Shown here piece by piece: positions 49,988-62,965 of a stretch of DNA of 64,000 bases; position 1 is the first letter of the stretch, and each line of letters begins with the position of its first letter. The DNA is from Podarcis melisellensis. Lineage: Eukaryota. A program made the translations under genes and the position numbers. A model generated the notes under the pieces. It did not search any database, had not been told where the DNA came from, and saw only the letters and a program-made list of their open reading frames with translations. The stretch is from NCBI GenBank assembly GCA_964234715.1, contig OZ174277.1, one strand, 5' to 3'.

Positions 49988-51640
49988 TATTCAGTGGAAC
50001 TGTGTACAAGGTGAGCATAGTAGGAGAAATTCGCCCCAAAACGGTCTCCTAATTTTCATGAGGATTCCACCCGTAAAAACTCACGTGGAAATGTGGAGAA
50101 CCAAACCTAAGAGTGGAGAAACGAGAAACCCAGACTGGCGGATTTACGCACCCCTATCAGTCCAGAGTTGGGCATGGAGCCAAGCCTAAAGCAGGTATCG
50201 TCGAAGGCCTGGCAGTGCGTGAGGCTACCTATCAGACTTGCCTATGGGAATTGCTAGGTAATGGGAATCTAGGTTATTCTCTGTCAAGACAGCTGCTAAG
50301 GGAAATTACATCTACCAGGATTTAGAGACGCTGCAGGAAATGAAGTGAGAGAAGCAGAGCGATCAATGGCACAGCTTCGCGAAGCTGATCCTCCCCTGGG
50401 TCCACCGCCTGTCAGATATGTTTGCTGCACACAGATGCTTCATGCTTTCAGAATGAGGGATTTAAAAGTTAAACCCTCGTCGGAGACTTTTCTCTCCTGC
50501 CCCAGATCAAGAGTCCCTGACAGGGCAGGAAAAAAGTAAATCCCAGATTAGGCGACAAGTTCTGTCAGCCCCCCTAGGATGTGCGTGTGGCAGCGGGGGT
50601 GGCGGGGGAAGGAGGCTGCCTCAGCCGTGTCACCCCCTCATATTAGTTATTCTTGTCAAGCTGAAAGATGCCTAGCCAAAATGGTCCCCGCGGAAGGGCA
50701 ACACGCAGGCATGCTTGAGTTTGTAGCGCAAGAGGCACAACCTCCCCTTTGCAAAGCACAAACACACAGACACATATATACATACCTTATTTTATTCCTG
50801 AATTTATAATCCACACTATCATGAAATTATAGCAAGGCAGAGTGCCGCATAAGGATACAATCAACAGAAGATCCATTAACACGTTGTTAAAAACATCAAT
50901 GAATACTGATGGGTTAAAAAGAGAAAATTCACACGGCAAAGGCCTGCCTAAACAATATAGTTTTCAAAAGACGCCTGGCTTAAAGGAGAGATCCTTCTTG
51001 ATGAACCTCTACTGCTAGGGAGTTCCACAGGGCAGGGCCTGCTACACAGAAGGACGCACTGAAGTTTCTGTTGAAGGACAAACAACCAAAGCCAAGCCAA
51101 TGGGGAGCTATCATATCAGAGCCATATCAGAGTCAAATATGGCACCATATCAGTGCCATATCAGGGGATGTCAGCAACTGGGGTGGAGCCTAAGCAATCA
51201 GGTTGTCCCTACACATAAACACCCACCATTCATTTACACCTATATATTTTTTGAAAACGGAATACGTGGCACATCATTTTCATAATGCACATGTAGGTGG
51301 AGAACAAACTTAGCTCCATTTCCTGAGTAGAAAAGTAATGTATTTTATTAATTCCAGCAGAAGTCCCATGTGCTGATGGTGGGATCCCTTGCCCACCATG
51401 TCTGTAGCTCGTTGGATAAAAGCGGACCAATGAGCTGCATCCTCGTCGTCAGTCTTTCCCAAGAAAGCTACCCACATATTCAGCCATCTTCGAAGCTCCG
51501 ATTCTGTTAGTCAGTTTCTGTGCTGAAGGCAGTAAAATGCAATTTTGGTTATAGATCTGATTTTACTTTCTCATTGGTGTAATTTGATGTATTTCATTCC
51601 CCCCCCAAGATGTTTTTGGGTGCCCCTTTGTTTACATGTA

Positions 51641-52008
51641 GGGACGCAGGTGGCGCTGTGGGTTAAAGCCTCAGCGCCTAGGACTTGCCGATCGAAAGGT
51701 CGGCGGTTCGAATCCCTGCGGCGGGGTGCGCTCCCACTGCTCGGTCCCAGCGCCTGCCAACCTAGCAGTTCGAAAGCACCTCCGGGTGCAAGTAGATAAA
51801 TAGGGACCGCTTACCAGCGGGAAGGTAAACGGCGTTTCCGTGTGCGGCTCTGGCTCGCCAGATGCAGCTTTGTCACGCTGGCCACGTGACCCGGAAGTGT
51901 CTCCGGACAGCGCTGGCCCCTGGCCTCTTAAGTGAGATGGGCGCACAACCCCAGAGTCTGTCAAGACTGGCCCGTACGGGCAGGGGTACCTTTACCTTTA
52001 CCTTTACC
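51641..52008 (+). mobile_element. Full-length young Sauria SINE
   Basis: tRNA-like head (ggtggcgctgtggg A box, ggttcgaatcc B box); CpGs retained; (ACCTTT)n tail; TSD ttgtttacatgt (51628-51639, 52009-52020). Confidence 0.93.
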
Positions 52009-52535
52009 TTGTTTACATGTTAGAAAAGCAGAGTAAAAAAAATCCTACACACACTTACACACACATTCTGACTGATAGATGATCCTTGTGTAGCCAAAAC
52101 ACATGGGAGGTAGCTAATAGCAAGCTTAGGGGAATCCCAAGGTTTGCAGAACAACATTTTTTAAAAAAGAAAAGAAAGCTAAGCGGGGTGTAGCCCTCAA
52201 ACAGCCCACTGACGGCTGAGCTGTGCTTAGTTGCCACAGAATGCTGGCTGACTGTGGTCGGGGAGGGGGAACGGAAAACTCTGGGAGCAATGGAATGGAG
52301 TATCCTGGGAAAGGGTACGAAGCCTGAACAGGAGCCCTCCACATTGCAACCTTTTGTTGCAGACCCCCAGTTATATCCAATCAAAATTAAAATGTGGGAA
52401 ACTGTATATATTCTCAGGACGTGAGTTTGTACCCAAGGGCAGCTGCGCCAAGTTGGTTCATCTGTAATCTTCCAGCTACATACACAGAAGTGATAGAAGA
52501 TGTGCACAACGCACATTTGTGAAGGCTGATTATTA

Positions 52536-53352
52536 TGATGACATGGCTCCCCAAATCAACACAGACTGTGGAAACTTCACACTGGACTTCAAGCATCTGG
52601 CATTGTGTGCCTCCCCATTCTTCCTCCAGACTCTGGGTCCTTGGTTTCCAAAGGAGATGCAAAAGCTGCTCTCATCAGAAAAGAGATTTGAGGAGCCATG
52701 TCATCAGTAGATTTTGGAGCACTTCATGCTTCCTTCCGCAAATGAGCTTTATGGGGATGCTGACTTCATTTTCCAGCAGGACTTTGGCACCTGCCCACAC
52801 TGCCAAAAGTACCAAAACCTGGTTCAATGCCCATGGGATTACTGTGCTTGATTGGCCAGCAAACTCGCCTGACCTGAACCCCCATTGAGAATCTATGGGG
52901 CATTGCCAAGAGAAAGATGAGAGACATGAGACCGAGCAATGCAGAAGGGCTGAAGGCTGCTATTGAAGCATCCTGGTCTTCCATAACACCTCAGCAGTGC
53001 CACAGGCTAATAGCATCCATGCCATGCTGCATTGAGGCAGTAATTGATGCAAAAGGGGCCCAAACCAAGTGCTGAGTACATACGCATGCTTCTACTTCTC
53101 AGAGGTCCAATATTGCTCTATTTGCAATCCTTGTTTTGCTGATTTCATTTAATATTCTAATTTTCTGAGATTGTTAATTTGGGGCTTTCATCAGCTGTAT
53201 GCCATGATCATCCCAGTTATAACAAATAAAGGCTTGACATACCTTGCTTTGCATGTCATGAGTCTATCTCATATATTAGTTTCACCTTTTAAGTTGAATT
53301 ACAGAAATAAATGAATTTTTCCATGATAATCTAATTTTCCGAGTTTCACCTG
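52536..53352 (+). mobile_element. Tc1-family transposon remnant (rearranged DDE transposase pseudogene and right TIR)
   Basis: + strand FIFQQD/LAPAHTAKSTKTWF..VLDWPANSPDLNP/IENLWG with frameshifts; - strand 52536-52685 LFSDESSFCISFGNQGPRVWRK..SVLIWGAMSS; ends ..ctaattttccgagtttcacctg|TA. Confidence 0.88.
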
Positions 53353-55032
53353 TATATAGCCTTGCAAACAATTGCTCTCTTGACCTACCCAGCCATTTTC
53401 AATACTTAAAGTGTTCTGTCTCTCACCCATCCATGCTTTGCTTCATGTTGGGCCTCTCCACATAATCCCCCCTAACTCCACAGGAGCTGCGTCTGACAGG
53501 TGGCCCGAGTGAAGAATTCCAAGCATCAAGGCTAGCCACTATTCAGCAACAATAACCTGAGTCAACTCATGGATTTTCAAAACAAAACCCCACACACCTC
53601 AAGACTGCAGAAGAGTGGCAGTTTGATGGAATTTGTGAAAGCTGTTTTGTTTGAGCCATTTAAACGAGACTGGACAAGAAAGTGGAGAAATCGACTCTAA
53701 CGAACACTTCCGCACCTGCCCTCAGGGAGGGACGACCTGACCTAATAGCTCTTTTCTAACTTTAATCTCTGTGATCTCGCAGTTAATCATCACCTGTGAA
53801 ATCCTTGCTCTGAGGGAATGAGATAATTTCTCCTGTGGCCAAAACATTTGTTAAATCTTCGTCTCATGAGAGGATCTGAACATTCAACAACAAAAAACAA
53901 AAGCCTGGGTGTTTCTGAACAATGCCGAAACCGCTGTGAGCGCCTCTGAAGTAAACCTGCGCTGTCTTATTCTTGATTTGCACCCACCTTAGAGCACCTC
54001 CCAGTTTCTCTCTTCTTGATCTTAAGAGATGCTTTTATACGTGGAAGTTTGACAAATGAATGAAATATGCCAGAACTTTTACATTCTTCTCTGAAAGAGA
54101 CCCAGGCCATATTCCGCCATTAGAAAAATTCACACCACAACTGTTTTAAAACGACTTTTTCAGAGATCCTGTTAAACTGCAATCTGAAATGGTTTAGACC
54201 AGGAGGTGGGGAAAAACAACTTTATTACTGGATTCTGTTAAACATATAAACTGGTCTTTGGCAATTAAAACTGGGCTGCAACTTGAACACTAAATTCAAC
54301 CAGCCTTTGGTGAGTCAAGTCTCTCAAAGTAGTAATAGCACTGATAAGACTGATTCCACATGGCAAATTTTATTGAAGAAGATAATGTGTGTTAATGGGG
54401 GTGGGAGAGGGTATGTGAAACGACCAGTTAATGTGATCCAGGCTGCAAGCGACCCATATAAGTGAAATTTAACAAATGTAGGTGCAGCAATTGAAGCAGG
54501 ATTTGAACTCTGCACTTCGAGTGTTGCTTTTCTCAGTGACAACTTTACTGTTAATGACCCATAACAACCCCACCAGGCCTCACCACAAGCTAAATATTGT
54601 TGTCGGGCTTTGTATTTGGTGTGTGCTTTTGTTTAGGGTTGTTTTTTTTTTGGCAACTTCAGATCCAAAGCAGAGCAAGAAATGTAGGGTAAATGTAAAA
54701 TAACACACTTGTCTGGAGGATTAGTTGTCTCTTGTCCAGAAATGCCACACCTCGTAATTAGAGAGGCTGTTAGTCTGTGGCATAGGAATGTGTAGGGTGT
54801 GGGCCCTTTCAGATTTACAGGCTTTGGGATTTATGAAAGAGCCTGAGTCCTCCTGGAGTTGCAGAGTTGGCAAGTCTGCTGTTTTAACTCCAGTAGAGCT
54901 TAGAAGCTCCAGCAGCTCTCTTGGAAAATGGGGGAGCAAAACACCCTCTTCCCGATCCCTGCTCACCTGGGAGTAAGTTCCTATGACACTTAAAGGGACT
55001 TCTGAATGGATGGTTATAGGAGAGCAGAATTA

Positions 55033-55258
55033 CAGTAGTACCTCGGGTTACAGACGCTTCAGGTTACAGACTCCACTAACCCAGAAATAGTACCTCGGGT
55101 TAAGAACTTTGCTTCAGGATGAGAACAGAAATCGTGCTCTGGTGGCGCGGCGGCAGCAGGAGGCCTCATTAGCTAAAATGGTACCTCAGGTTAAGAACCG
55201 TTTCAGGTTAAGAACGGACCTCCAGAACGAATTAAGTTCTTAACCTGAGGTACCACTG
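55033..55258. mobile_element. Tigger-like MITE, copy 2
   Basis: TA|cagtagtacctcgggtta...aggtaccactg|TA. Confidence 0.9.
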
Positions 55259-55579
55259 TATTCCCATAATTAATCCCAAAGAGTTTTCTTTTAATTGCTT
55301 TCATATGTCATTTCCTAAATTTTTGGAGGATGCCTCAGTCTCTCTCTCTCCCCGCCCCCACCCCAGCAGAAGGGCTTCTGTGTCTTTAAGGCAAGTAGGA
55401 AATTTAGCAGCTGAAGCTTTTCACATCACCTTAGCTCCCTGCTGGGAAAAGCTTTACCAGTTGAATCCATGCCTGTTTTACAAATGCTACAGGATTCCTG
55501 TTTATATGTGTTGATGCTGCTGTTTTATTGGTTTGGGGTGGCACATTCATTTTAATTATATTTGTTGTGTGGTACTCCC

Positions 55580-55993
55580 CACCCTCCAGCTGCCAAGGAG
55601 ATAAGTAACTATACAACCTTTAGAAGACATCTGAAGGCAGCTCTGTACAGTGGTACCTCGGGTTACATATGCTTCAGGTTACAGACGCTTCAGGTTACAG
55701 ACTCCACTAACCCAGAAATAGTACCTCGGGTTAAGAACTTTGCTTCAGTATGAGAACAGAAATTGCACGGTGGCGGCAGCGGGAGGCCCCATTAGCTAAA
55801 GTGGCGCTTCAGGTTAAGAACAGTTTCAGGTTAAGAACGGACTTCCAGAATGAATTAAGTTCTTAACCCGAGGTACCACTGTATAGGGAAGTTTATTTTT
55901 AATGTTTAATGTTTTATTATGTTTTTATATGTGTTGGAAGGTGCCCAGAGTGGCTGGGGCAACCCAGTCAGATGGGTGGGGTATAATAACAAT

Positions 55994-56029
<36 letters not shown>

Positions 56030-56081
56030 AATAATAGAATAAGTCACTCATATTTTCTTTGGAGAAATGTTGGCAGGTATG
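55580..56081 (+). mobile_element. L2 3'-end-containing element interrupted by a MITE, with an (AAC)n tract
   Basis: ccaaggagataagtaactatacaacctttagaagacatctgaaggcagctctg[MITE]tagggaag..cccagagtggctgggg. Confidence 0.75.
55648..55881. mobile_element. Tigger-like MITE, copy 3, nested in L2-derived sequence
   Basis: TA duplication at 55646-47 and 55882-83; removing the MITE restores gcagctctgtatagggaag. Confidence 0.9.
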
Positions 56082-59000
56082 ACAGAGTGCCAGTGTGCAT
56101 ATGTGTAGAGTGCCTTTCCCTTAGCCCTGAATAATAATGGCCAGTCCCTGCCCGTCTGAAATTACAGGCGAAGGATTTCAGGGTAGCCATTTCCAGGCAA
56201 GCTTGAGCCCCACAACCTCACATTTTAAGAAATGGTGCTTTGCGGCCTGTGATAGATTCTTTACCGAACAAACCATTGCCTCAGTGCCAGCTATGTGCTG
56301 CTCATAATTGATTAGTATGAAAGCATTTTTAGTTTAAAATAAATCTCATGAAATCTGCCCGCAAGCTGCCCCAGCCTCTTCTGGAGCAGTGTTATGCTTT
56401 GTGCGTTCTCGTTTGCCTCGAATGCAGCCTGATCCTTGTGTAATAATTCCATGGGAAAATCCAGCACTGACTGCATAACTGATTTGGCATGGCACTGGGC
56501 TTTAATTGCTTTCAGGTTTTGCTTGCAAAGGCCAAGAAACCCAAGCCCCACATAGCGCAGCGCTGCTCTCCCTCTGCAAAGAGCGTCTCTGCGGAATAGA
56601 GGGCTGTAGAAGGGAGTGCTGCGCACACTCAAAACGAAGAGGGAGGCTTTTCAAAAGCCCAGCAGATGTCTGACTGATGGCCCATGTGGCAAATCAATGC
56701 TTTATTAAGCCAGATTCTGTTACCAAGCTGAAGTATTTTCCCTGGAACCAGATTTTCTTCCAAGGCTGGACTTTGACCTAGCAGGCTTCGGTTAAGATCT
56801 CCGATCCAGCACGGCCCCACTGAAAGGATCCAACAAGTTGCTTTTTCTCAGCTTTGGTTTCATATCTGTTAAATAGGAATTGCAATTAAAAGGTGGTCCC
56901 TTTCTTGCAAGCTGGGTTAAAGGTGGGTTGCAGGATCTAAACACTTATTGATTTATTAAATTTGTATACTGCCCTCCATCCGCAGGTCTCAGGGCAGTTC
57001 ACAGCATAAAAACACAATATAAAAAGCACAAAATACATAATAAAAATAATAACAACAATAAAACAATAATCTACCTTCCCACAACACATTTAAAAGGGCA
57101 TTGGATGTTAATCAGCCCAAGGCCTGGTTGAAGACAAAGGTTTTTGCTTGACACTTAAAGGTGTATAATGAAGGTACCAGCCAAACCTTCCTGGGGAGAA
57201 CATTCCACAAATAGATTGGTGTGTAATTGTTTGTCGGATATTTCACTTCTCTGGATCTTGTGATGAAATTCTATGTTAAAGAAAAATTGAGGGGGGGGAA
57301 TGCCTATAATTTAGGCTGCAATCCTAGTGTTCTTTCTTAGGAAAGCGCCCATCTGAATGGACCACCAAACCCAGCATCCTCTTCTCACAGCAGACAACCA
57401 GATGCCAGTGGGAAGCTGGCAAGCAGGACCCAGGTGCAACAGCACTCTTGCCTCCTCTGGTTTCCGGCAGCTGCCATTACTGTCCCCAACTGTGGAGGCA
57501 CAGCTTAGCCATCGCGGCGAGTAGCCATCAATAGCTTTTCTCCAAACTGTTGTAAGAACCAGTATGGTACATTGGTCTGACTTGGCATAAGGCAGCTTCC
57601 TACATTCCATTTGCTTCAACAGCCGTTGTGTTCCTTTGTTCCCTTGCGCATGAACCAAAAGGTGTGATTACGTGAGGAATTTCTCCTTGTGACTTTAATT
57701 TTAAGAGTCTTCTGCATGGCCCAGTTAATCTGAAAACTGCATCTTCCAGGAAACTACATTTTGGTTAATGGGATGCTTGACATCTGCAGCCTAGCAGAGG
57801 TCTGCCAACTGTTTATTTGGGGCCTGGCAATGTACGTCCAGATGAAGCCCAGCGTTGTCCAATCACAATGTGCCCATTTCCCCAGTCTCCAAAGTTGTAA
57901 GTCTGACAACAGAGTAGCACTCAACCACTGGCACATTATTATTTTTTTATATAAAAACCAACAAACAAACAAGTTGGAACGCTGATCAAATAGTGGATGG
58001 TTTTGTTTCACTGACCTACTTAATTAAAAAAGCAGTTTCTAAAAATGGAAATGCTGTTTGATTTAATATGAAGATGGAGCTGTGTTTTTCCAACATCTGT
58101 GTCCAGAAAGGAAGAAAAATCCTGTTTTTACTGGCCTTCCTCCATCAGTCTTTTTTTCATTTCGTGTCTAAAGCACAGTAAGTTACATAAACATTCCATT
58201 TCTTTCCATAAATTGGCTCCAGTTTCTGAACAATAGAGTCACTGTGAAGAGGAGAAAAACCACAGACACACCCCACAACTGCTGGTCACACAGCCAAATA
58301 GAACTAAAGAGACATTCTTTGAAAGTACCAAAAAGGAAATCCATGGTCTTAAGGCAAGACCTTTTAATGTTATACTTGGAAGTGTTCCTTCTTTCCCCCT
58401 ACTTGGCTTTCTTCATCTTTGGCTGTCTAGTGCAGAATGCTTGACAGTGCAAAAGAAAGAAAGAAAGGAGGAAGGAAAGAGGGCCTGGAGACAGAATATT
58501 ATTCTCTTTTAAAATGTGTTGATAATAGCTGTCAGTATTCACTAACTTCTGAGTGGGGAGCGCCAGAAATTTCAAGCACCTCACAATATGGGGAAACGAT
58601 TATGAGTGGATTTAGTGCAAACAACACTGTTGAGGCTGCCCCTAACTGGCTGCCCATAATATTTTAGCTGTGGAAAATAGATAAGCTATGTTTGAAACAT
58701 GAAATATTAGCAGTGTATAATGACAGCAAAGGCAAAGTGCGCCAGAGCCGTATGATTTTCAATAGAGCGGCGTTAGGAGAATAGTTAGGAAAGAAATAAA
58801 GATCTTTTCTGCAGCCATTTTTATATACTACTACTACTACAAATCACAACAATAAAGTTTATATTATTATCATGATCACCATAATTTAAAAGTGCAGAAA
58901 GTAGTAGGAATCTACAACTAAAGATCTTAAGGACAAATCCAGTTTTCTGCTATTTAACAAATTGTTGGTAATAGTCTCTCCTTTTAAAAATCCATAATGA

Positions 59001-60057
59001 ACAGCTACTCTCTCGTAACATTTCTCAATGCTACCTTATTAAAAATTGTTCAGGGTCTAATTAGAAAGTTACCACCAGCTATTTGTAAGGAAAACTACCT
59101 CATGAAGGCTGACTACGTGTTCTGTAGCCTACTCTCTGAAGGCAATATTCTCTGCTGCCCAGTATTCTCTCACCCCTACTTCCTAGCATTTGCCTCCTGA
59201 GGTGGTTGCATCACTTTTTTAAAGAGGTTTAAATATGCTTTGAGATCAGCAGTTGATGAGCTCTTGGAGGAAGAGTGAGGGTGAACGAGAGTGATGACGA
59301 TGAGGAAGAGCAGCAGCAGCAAGGAGGGACAGGAGGCTCCGAGGATGGACCTCAGAAATAGGCCTCAGCAGATGCCATCCTGTGGCGCCAGCTGGGGTGA
59401 GCAGAATGGAAGTAGAATGAGACTTCTGGAATCAACTCCAGCAAAGGTCCCGATGCTGTTTGCTGTTGTCTGGGTAAATGCAGCCTCAGGGCTGGGGCAC
59501 ACTTTAAATCCACCACATGGAAACCATTTTAAATTGCTCTAGGTGGGGACTGTGACCACATGGTGAGCAGGTTGTGTGTGTGTGTGTTCATGTCTGCGCG
59601 TACACCCAGAGATTGACCATGTGGATGAAGTCTAGATGAAACTCTCTCCAAGCCACTTTTTTATTTTATTATGGAGGGCACCAATTGTGGTGGTAGGGAG
59701 GAAATTGCCCGATCCATGTGGTGAGCTGCAGCACGCGAGCGTGTTTGGACAGCTGCAGCGTGGAGGGATTTAAAGTAGCCTCCACAACATAAGCTTTTGC
59801 CCACATTTAATGCTGACTTGTAGATTAAAGGCCTATTAAGGGGTTTGCTAAACTGAAATACCGTAACTGTTCCGTGACAGGAAAAGAACCACTCGCAGAG
59901 ACAGGGAGTGGGACAGAATGGTGGAGACAGGAAGGGTGTTTGTAAACCTAACTCATTTACGGTACATTTGAATTTTCTTGTAATTTTCACAATTCTGTCT
60001 ATGCTAGAACTGTTTTTTGAAAGGAAAGGGGGCCAAGAGCTAGAGGGAGGATAGGCA

Positions 60058-60430
60058 CACATACCACAGACCCTCCAAGCATCTCTATTTTCCAGGGACA
60101 CTCCCGGATTTACAGAAACTATCCCGGTTTCATTTGATCCCTGAATGTCCCGCTTTTCCTTAGGATGTCCTTATTCTCCTCAGAAAAATGTTGGTGGGTA
60201 TGGAGTTATGCAGCCCCTGAACCAAGGAGATAAGTAACTATGCAACCTTTAGAAGACACCTGAAAGCACCCCTGTAGAGGAAAGGTTTTTTTAAAAATGC
60301 TTGATGTTTTATTATGCGTTTATATATGTTGGGAACCGCCCAGAGTAATGCAGTCAGATGGGCGGGGCATAAATAATAAAATGATAACAGAATAGGGCAT
60401 CCCTATTGGAGAAATGTTGGAGGGACATGA
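60058..60430 (+). mobile_element. Composite repeat: inverted-repeat-bounded element containing an L2 3' segment
   Basis: Left accctccaagcatctcta and right ggagaaatgttggaggg; internal L2 segment 60221-60385 shared with 55593-56040. Confidence 0.55.
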
Positions 60431-61013
60431 TACCAGTCTCTATTTCTCTTGGTTTCTCATTTTCCCAATCTTAAATTCAGTTAGCCACATTCCCACACCA
60501 GCATTTTATCATGCCTTCTTCTTAATACGCTCAGGCCTGTATCCAACATCGTGATCCGTAACCATCCGCTCTGAGCAAGGATTTACCCCATGCACAATGG
60601 CACATTAAAATCTGAAGCATCCTCAACCATCTTCTGAACCATCTTCAGGTGTTATAGAATTCTAAGCACGTAAGAGGCACAAGAGCGTACCCACCAACCC
60701 CTGCCTCCTCCATCTCCAACTCTGCAACGTCTGAAGGGAGATTGCCTGGACAATGCATACGCATTCAGGGACTGAACTTGCTACAGATGAACATCTGTTG
60801 CATTTTAGACAGTTATCCAGGGTTTAAAAACTCTGCACATGGTCTTGCCTCCAATTAAATATTTAAATGCACACATTTAAATATATCTCTCAGGGTCTGG
60901 GAGATCCTCTGTTCAAATCAAGAAGCAACTGGCCTACCAGCCTCAGAAGCGTCTTCAGTCTTTTGTCAGATGATTCAGGATGGCATGCTATAATAACAGA
61001 ACAGAAACTCTGG

Positions 61014-61015
<2 letters not shown>

Positions 61016-61085
<70 letters not shown>
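61016..61085. repeat. (CT)n microsatellite
   Basis: Direct reading. Confidence 0.95.
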
Positions 61086-61088
<3 letters not shown>

Positions 61089-62409
61089 GAGGATCACTGC
61101 CTCATGCTTTCTGTGTAGGGTCCTTCTCCTTCTCTGACCCTCCCCATGGCAAACATTTTGGGGAAATGCCACTATATATGAAGGTATGGGACACAACAGC
61201 AGGGAACCTTCTCAGAATAATGGAAGTGATATTAAAAAACACCTTTAACGAAGGCCAGTTCAACCCCCTGTTAAGACTCACACTTGGAGTAAGCAAAAAG
61301 GTTAATGTGTTCTCTACTGCTTGCCTAATTGCTTCTTTATCCATGATATCCAACTTTCCAGCCCCTGAGTTAGTGTCTGAAGCCAAAATTATCTGGACCT
61401 CGCACAGAACTTTAAGCTGTGGGAAAGCGCAGCTCAAAATGGCTGCTATTGTTTTCCGGTAACCTTATACTTAGCGTTTAATATCCTCAGCAATTTACAG
61501 AATGCTCAGGATTCCATTTTGGCTCTTTCGGCTTGGGAAATCCCAGGCTAGACTTCAGTTACCTTTTTTTACTTTTTTCTCCTTTTTTGCTGTAACACTG
61601 TAAGATCAAATGCTACAAAAGAATAAATGTGCTAAGCACAACACACCACAATATGTTTGCAGAAATTGCTTTTCCCCCTCCTCCTTTGTATTTTAAATGA
61701 CACATTTTAATTACTGAGGCAGATGAAAAGAACAGAAACTATGTTGCTTGCTTCACTGACTGCTCTGTTAAGCAGCATGTTAAATCTATTAACGTGAAAT
61801 CCAAGATGCTAAAAGGGCGGCACGAACCGTACCAATGGAACAAAGGACTAGTAAACTTAGTCTGCAGTCCTAGGCACGTTTTCCTAAGTGCAAGCCCCAT
61901 TGAACTATACGGGACTTGCTTCCAGGTAAACGGGCATAGGGCTGTACTTTTGCTGTCAATGTTTTGAATTCCAAAAGTGACTTGTGAGCAAAAAGAAACA
62001 ACAAACAGAAGAGGCTCTGTTCTGTTCATGGAATGTTCATGGTCTGTGATGTTGCCATACAGTTCAGGAACATTTAATTTTACATTAGTAAAGAAGGTTT
62101 AGAAGAAGACGAAATCACACTTCTGTTCCCAAGCTTGGTAACAGTTATAGATACAACAAAACCAATACAGGTAAAAAGTATATTGTACCACACATTTTTG
62201 TCTCTCCTGCCCCATTTCTAAAACTGAAGTGGTATTTTAAGGGACAGGAATCAATTATTTACTATGGGCCTTTGCTTAAGCCAGTCTTTCCCAACCTGGT
62301 GCCCTCCAGATGTTTTGGGCTGGTGATGATGGGAGCCGTAATTTAATCTTATGAACAGAAGTGTGTGTGTTTGTTTGTTTGTGTAATAGTGGGCTTCTGT
62401 GAGGAGAAC

Positions 62410-62965
62410 AATCATAGAATTGTAGAGTTGGGAGGGACCCCAAGAGTCATCTAGTCCAACCCCCTGAAATGCAGGAATCTCAGCTAAAGCATCCATGACA
62501 GATGGCCACCCAACCTCTGCTTAAAAACCTCCAAGGAAGGAGAGTCTACAACCTCCCAAGGGAGACCGTTCTGCTGTCAAACAGCTCTTACTGTCAGAAT
62601 GTTGTTCCTGATGTTTAGTCGGAATCTCCTTTCTTGCAACTTGAAGCCATTGGTTTGAGTCCGACCCTCCAGGGCAGGATAAAACAAGCCTGCTCCCTCC
62701 TTCATGTGACAGCCCTTTGACAGATATTTGAAGATGACTATCATATCTCCTCTCAGGCTCCTCTTTTCCAAGCTAAACATACCTAGCTCTCTCAACCGTT
62801 CCTCATAAGGCTTGGTTTCCAGTCCCTCAATCACCTTGGTCACTCTGCACACGTTCCAGCTTGTCAACCCTCTTAATTTGTGGCACCCAGAATTGGACAC
62901 TGTATTCCAGGTGTGGTCTAACCAAGGCAGAACAGAGCTGTGCTATTACTTACCTTAATTGGGAC
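62410..62965 (-). mobile_element. CR1 LINE 3' portion
   Basis: GLETKPYEERLRELGMFSLEKRSLRGDMIVIFKYL..FKLQERRFRLNIR is the CR1 ORF2 C-terminus; canonical 3' end attctatgat. Confidence 0.92.

Noticed and set aside
51110-51165. Short catatcag tandem repeats
   Set aside because: Only four degenerate units, likely part of an old repeat; no function can be supported
61102-61462. Opposing 111-aa and 98-aa ORFs
   Set aside because: No recognisable domain or convincing splice context; treated as non-coding
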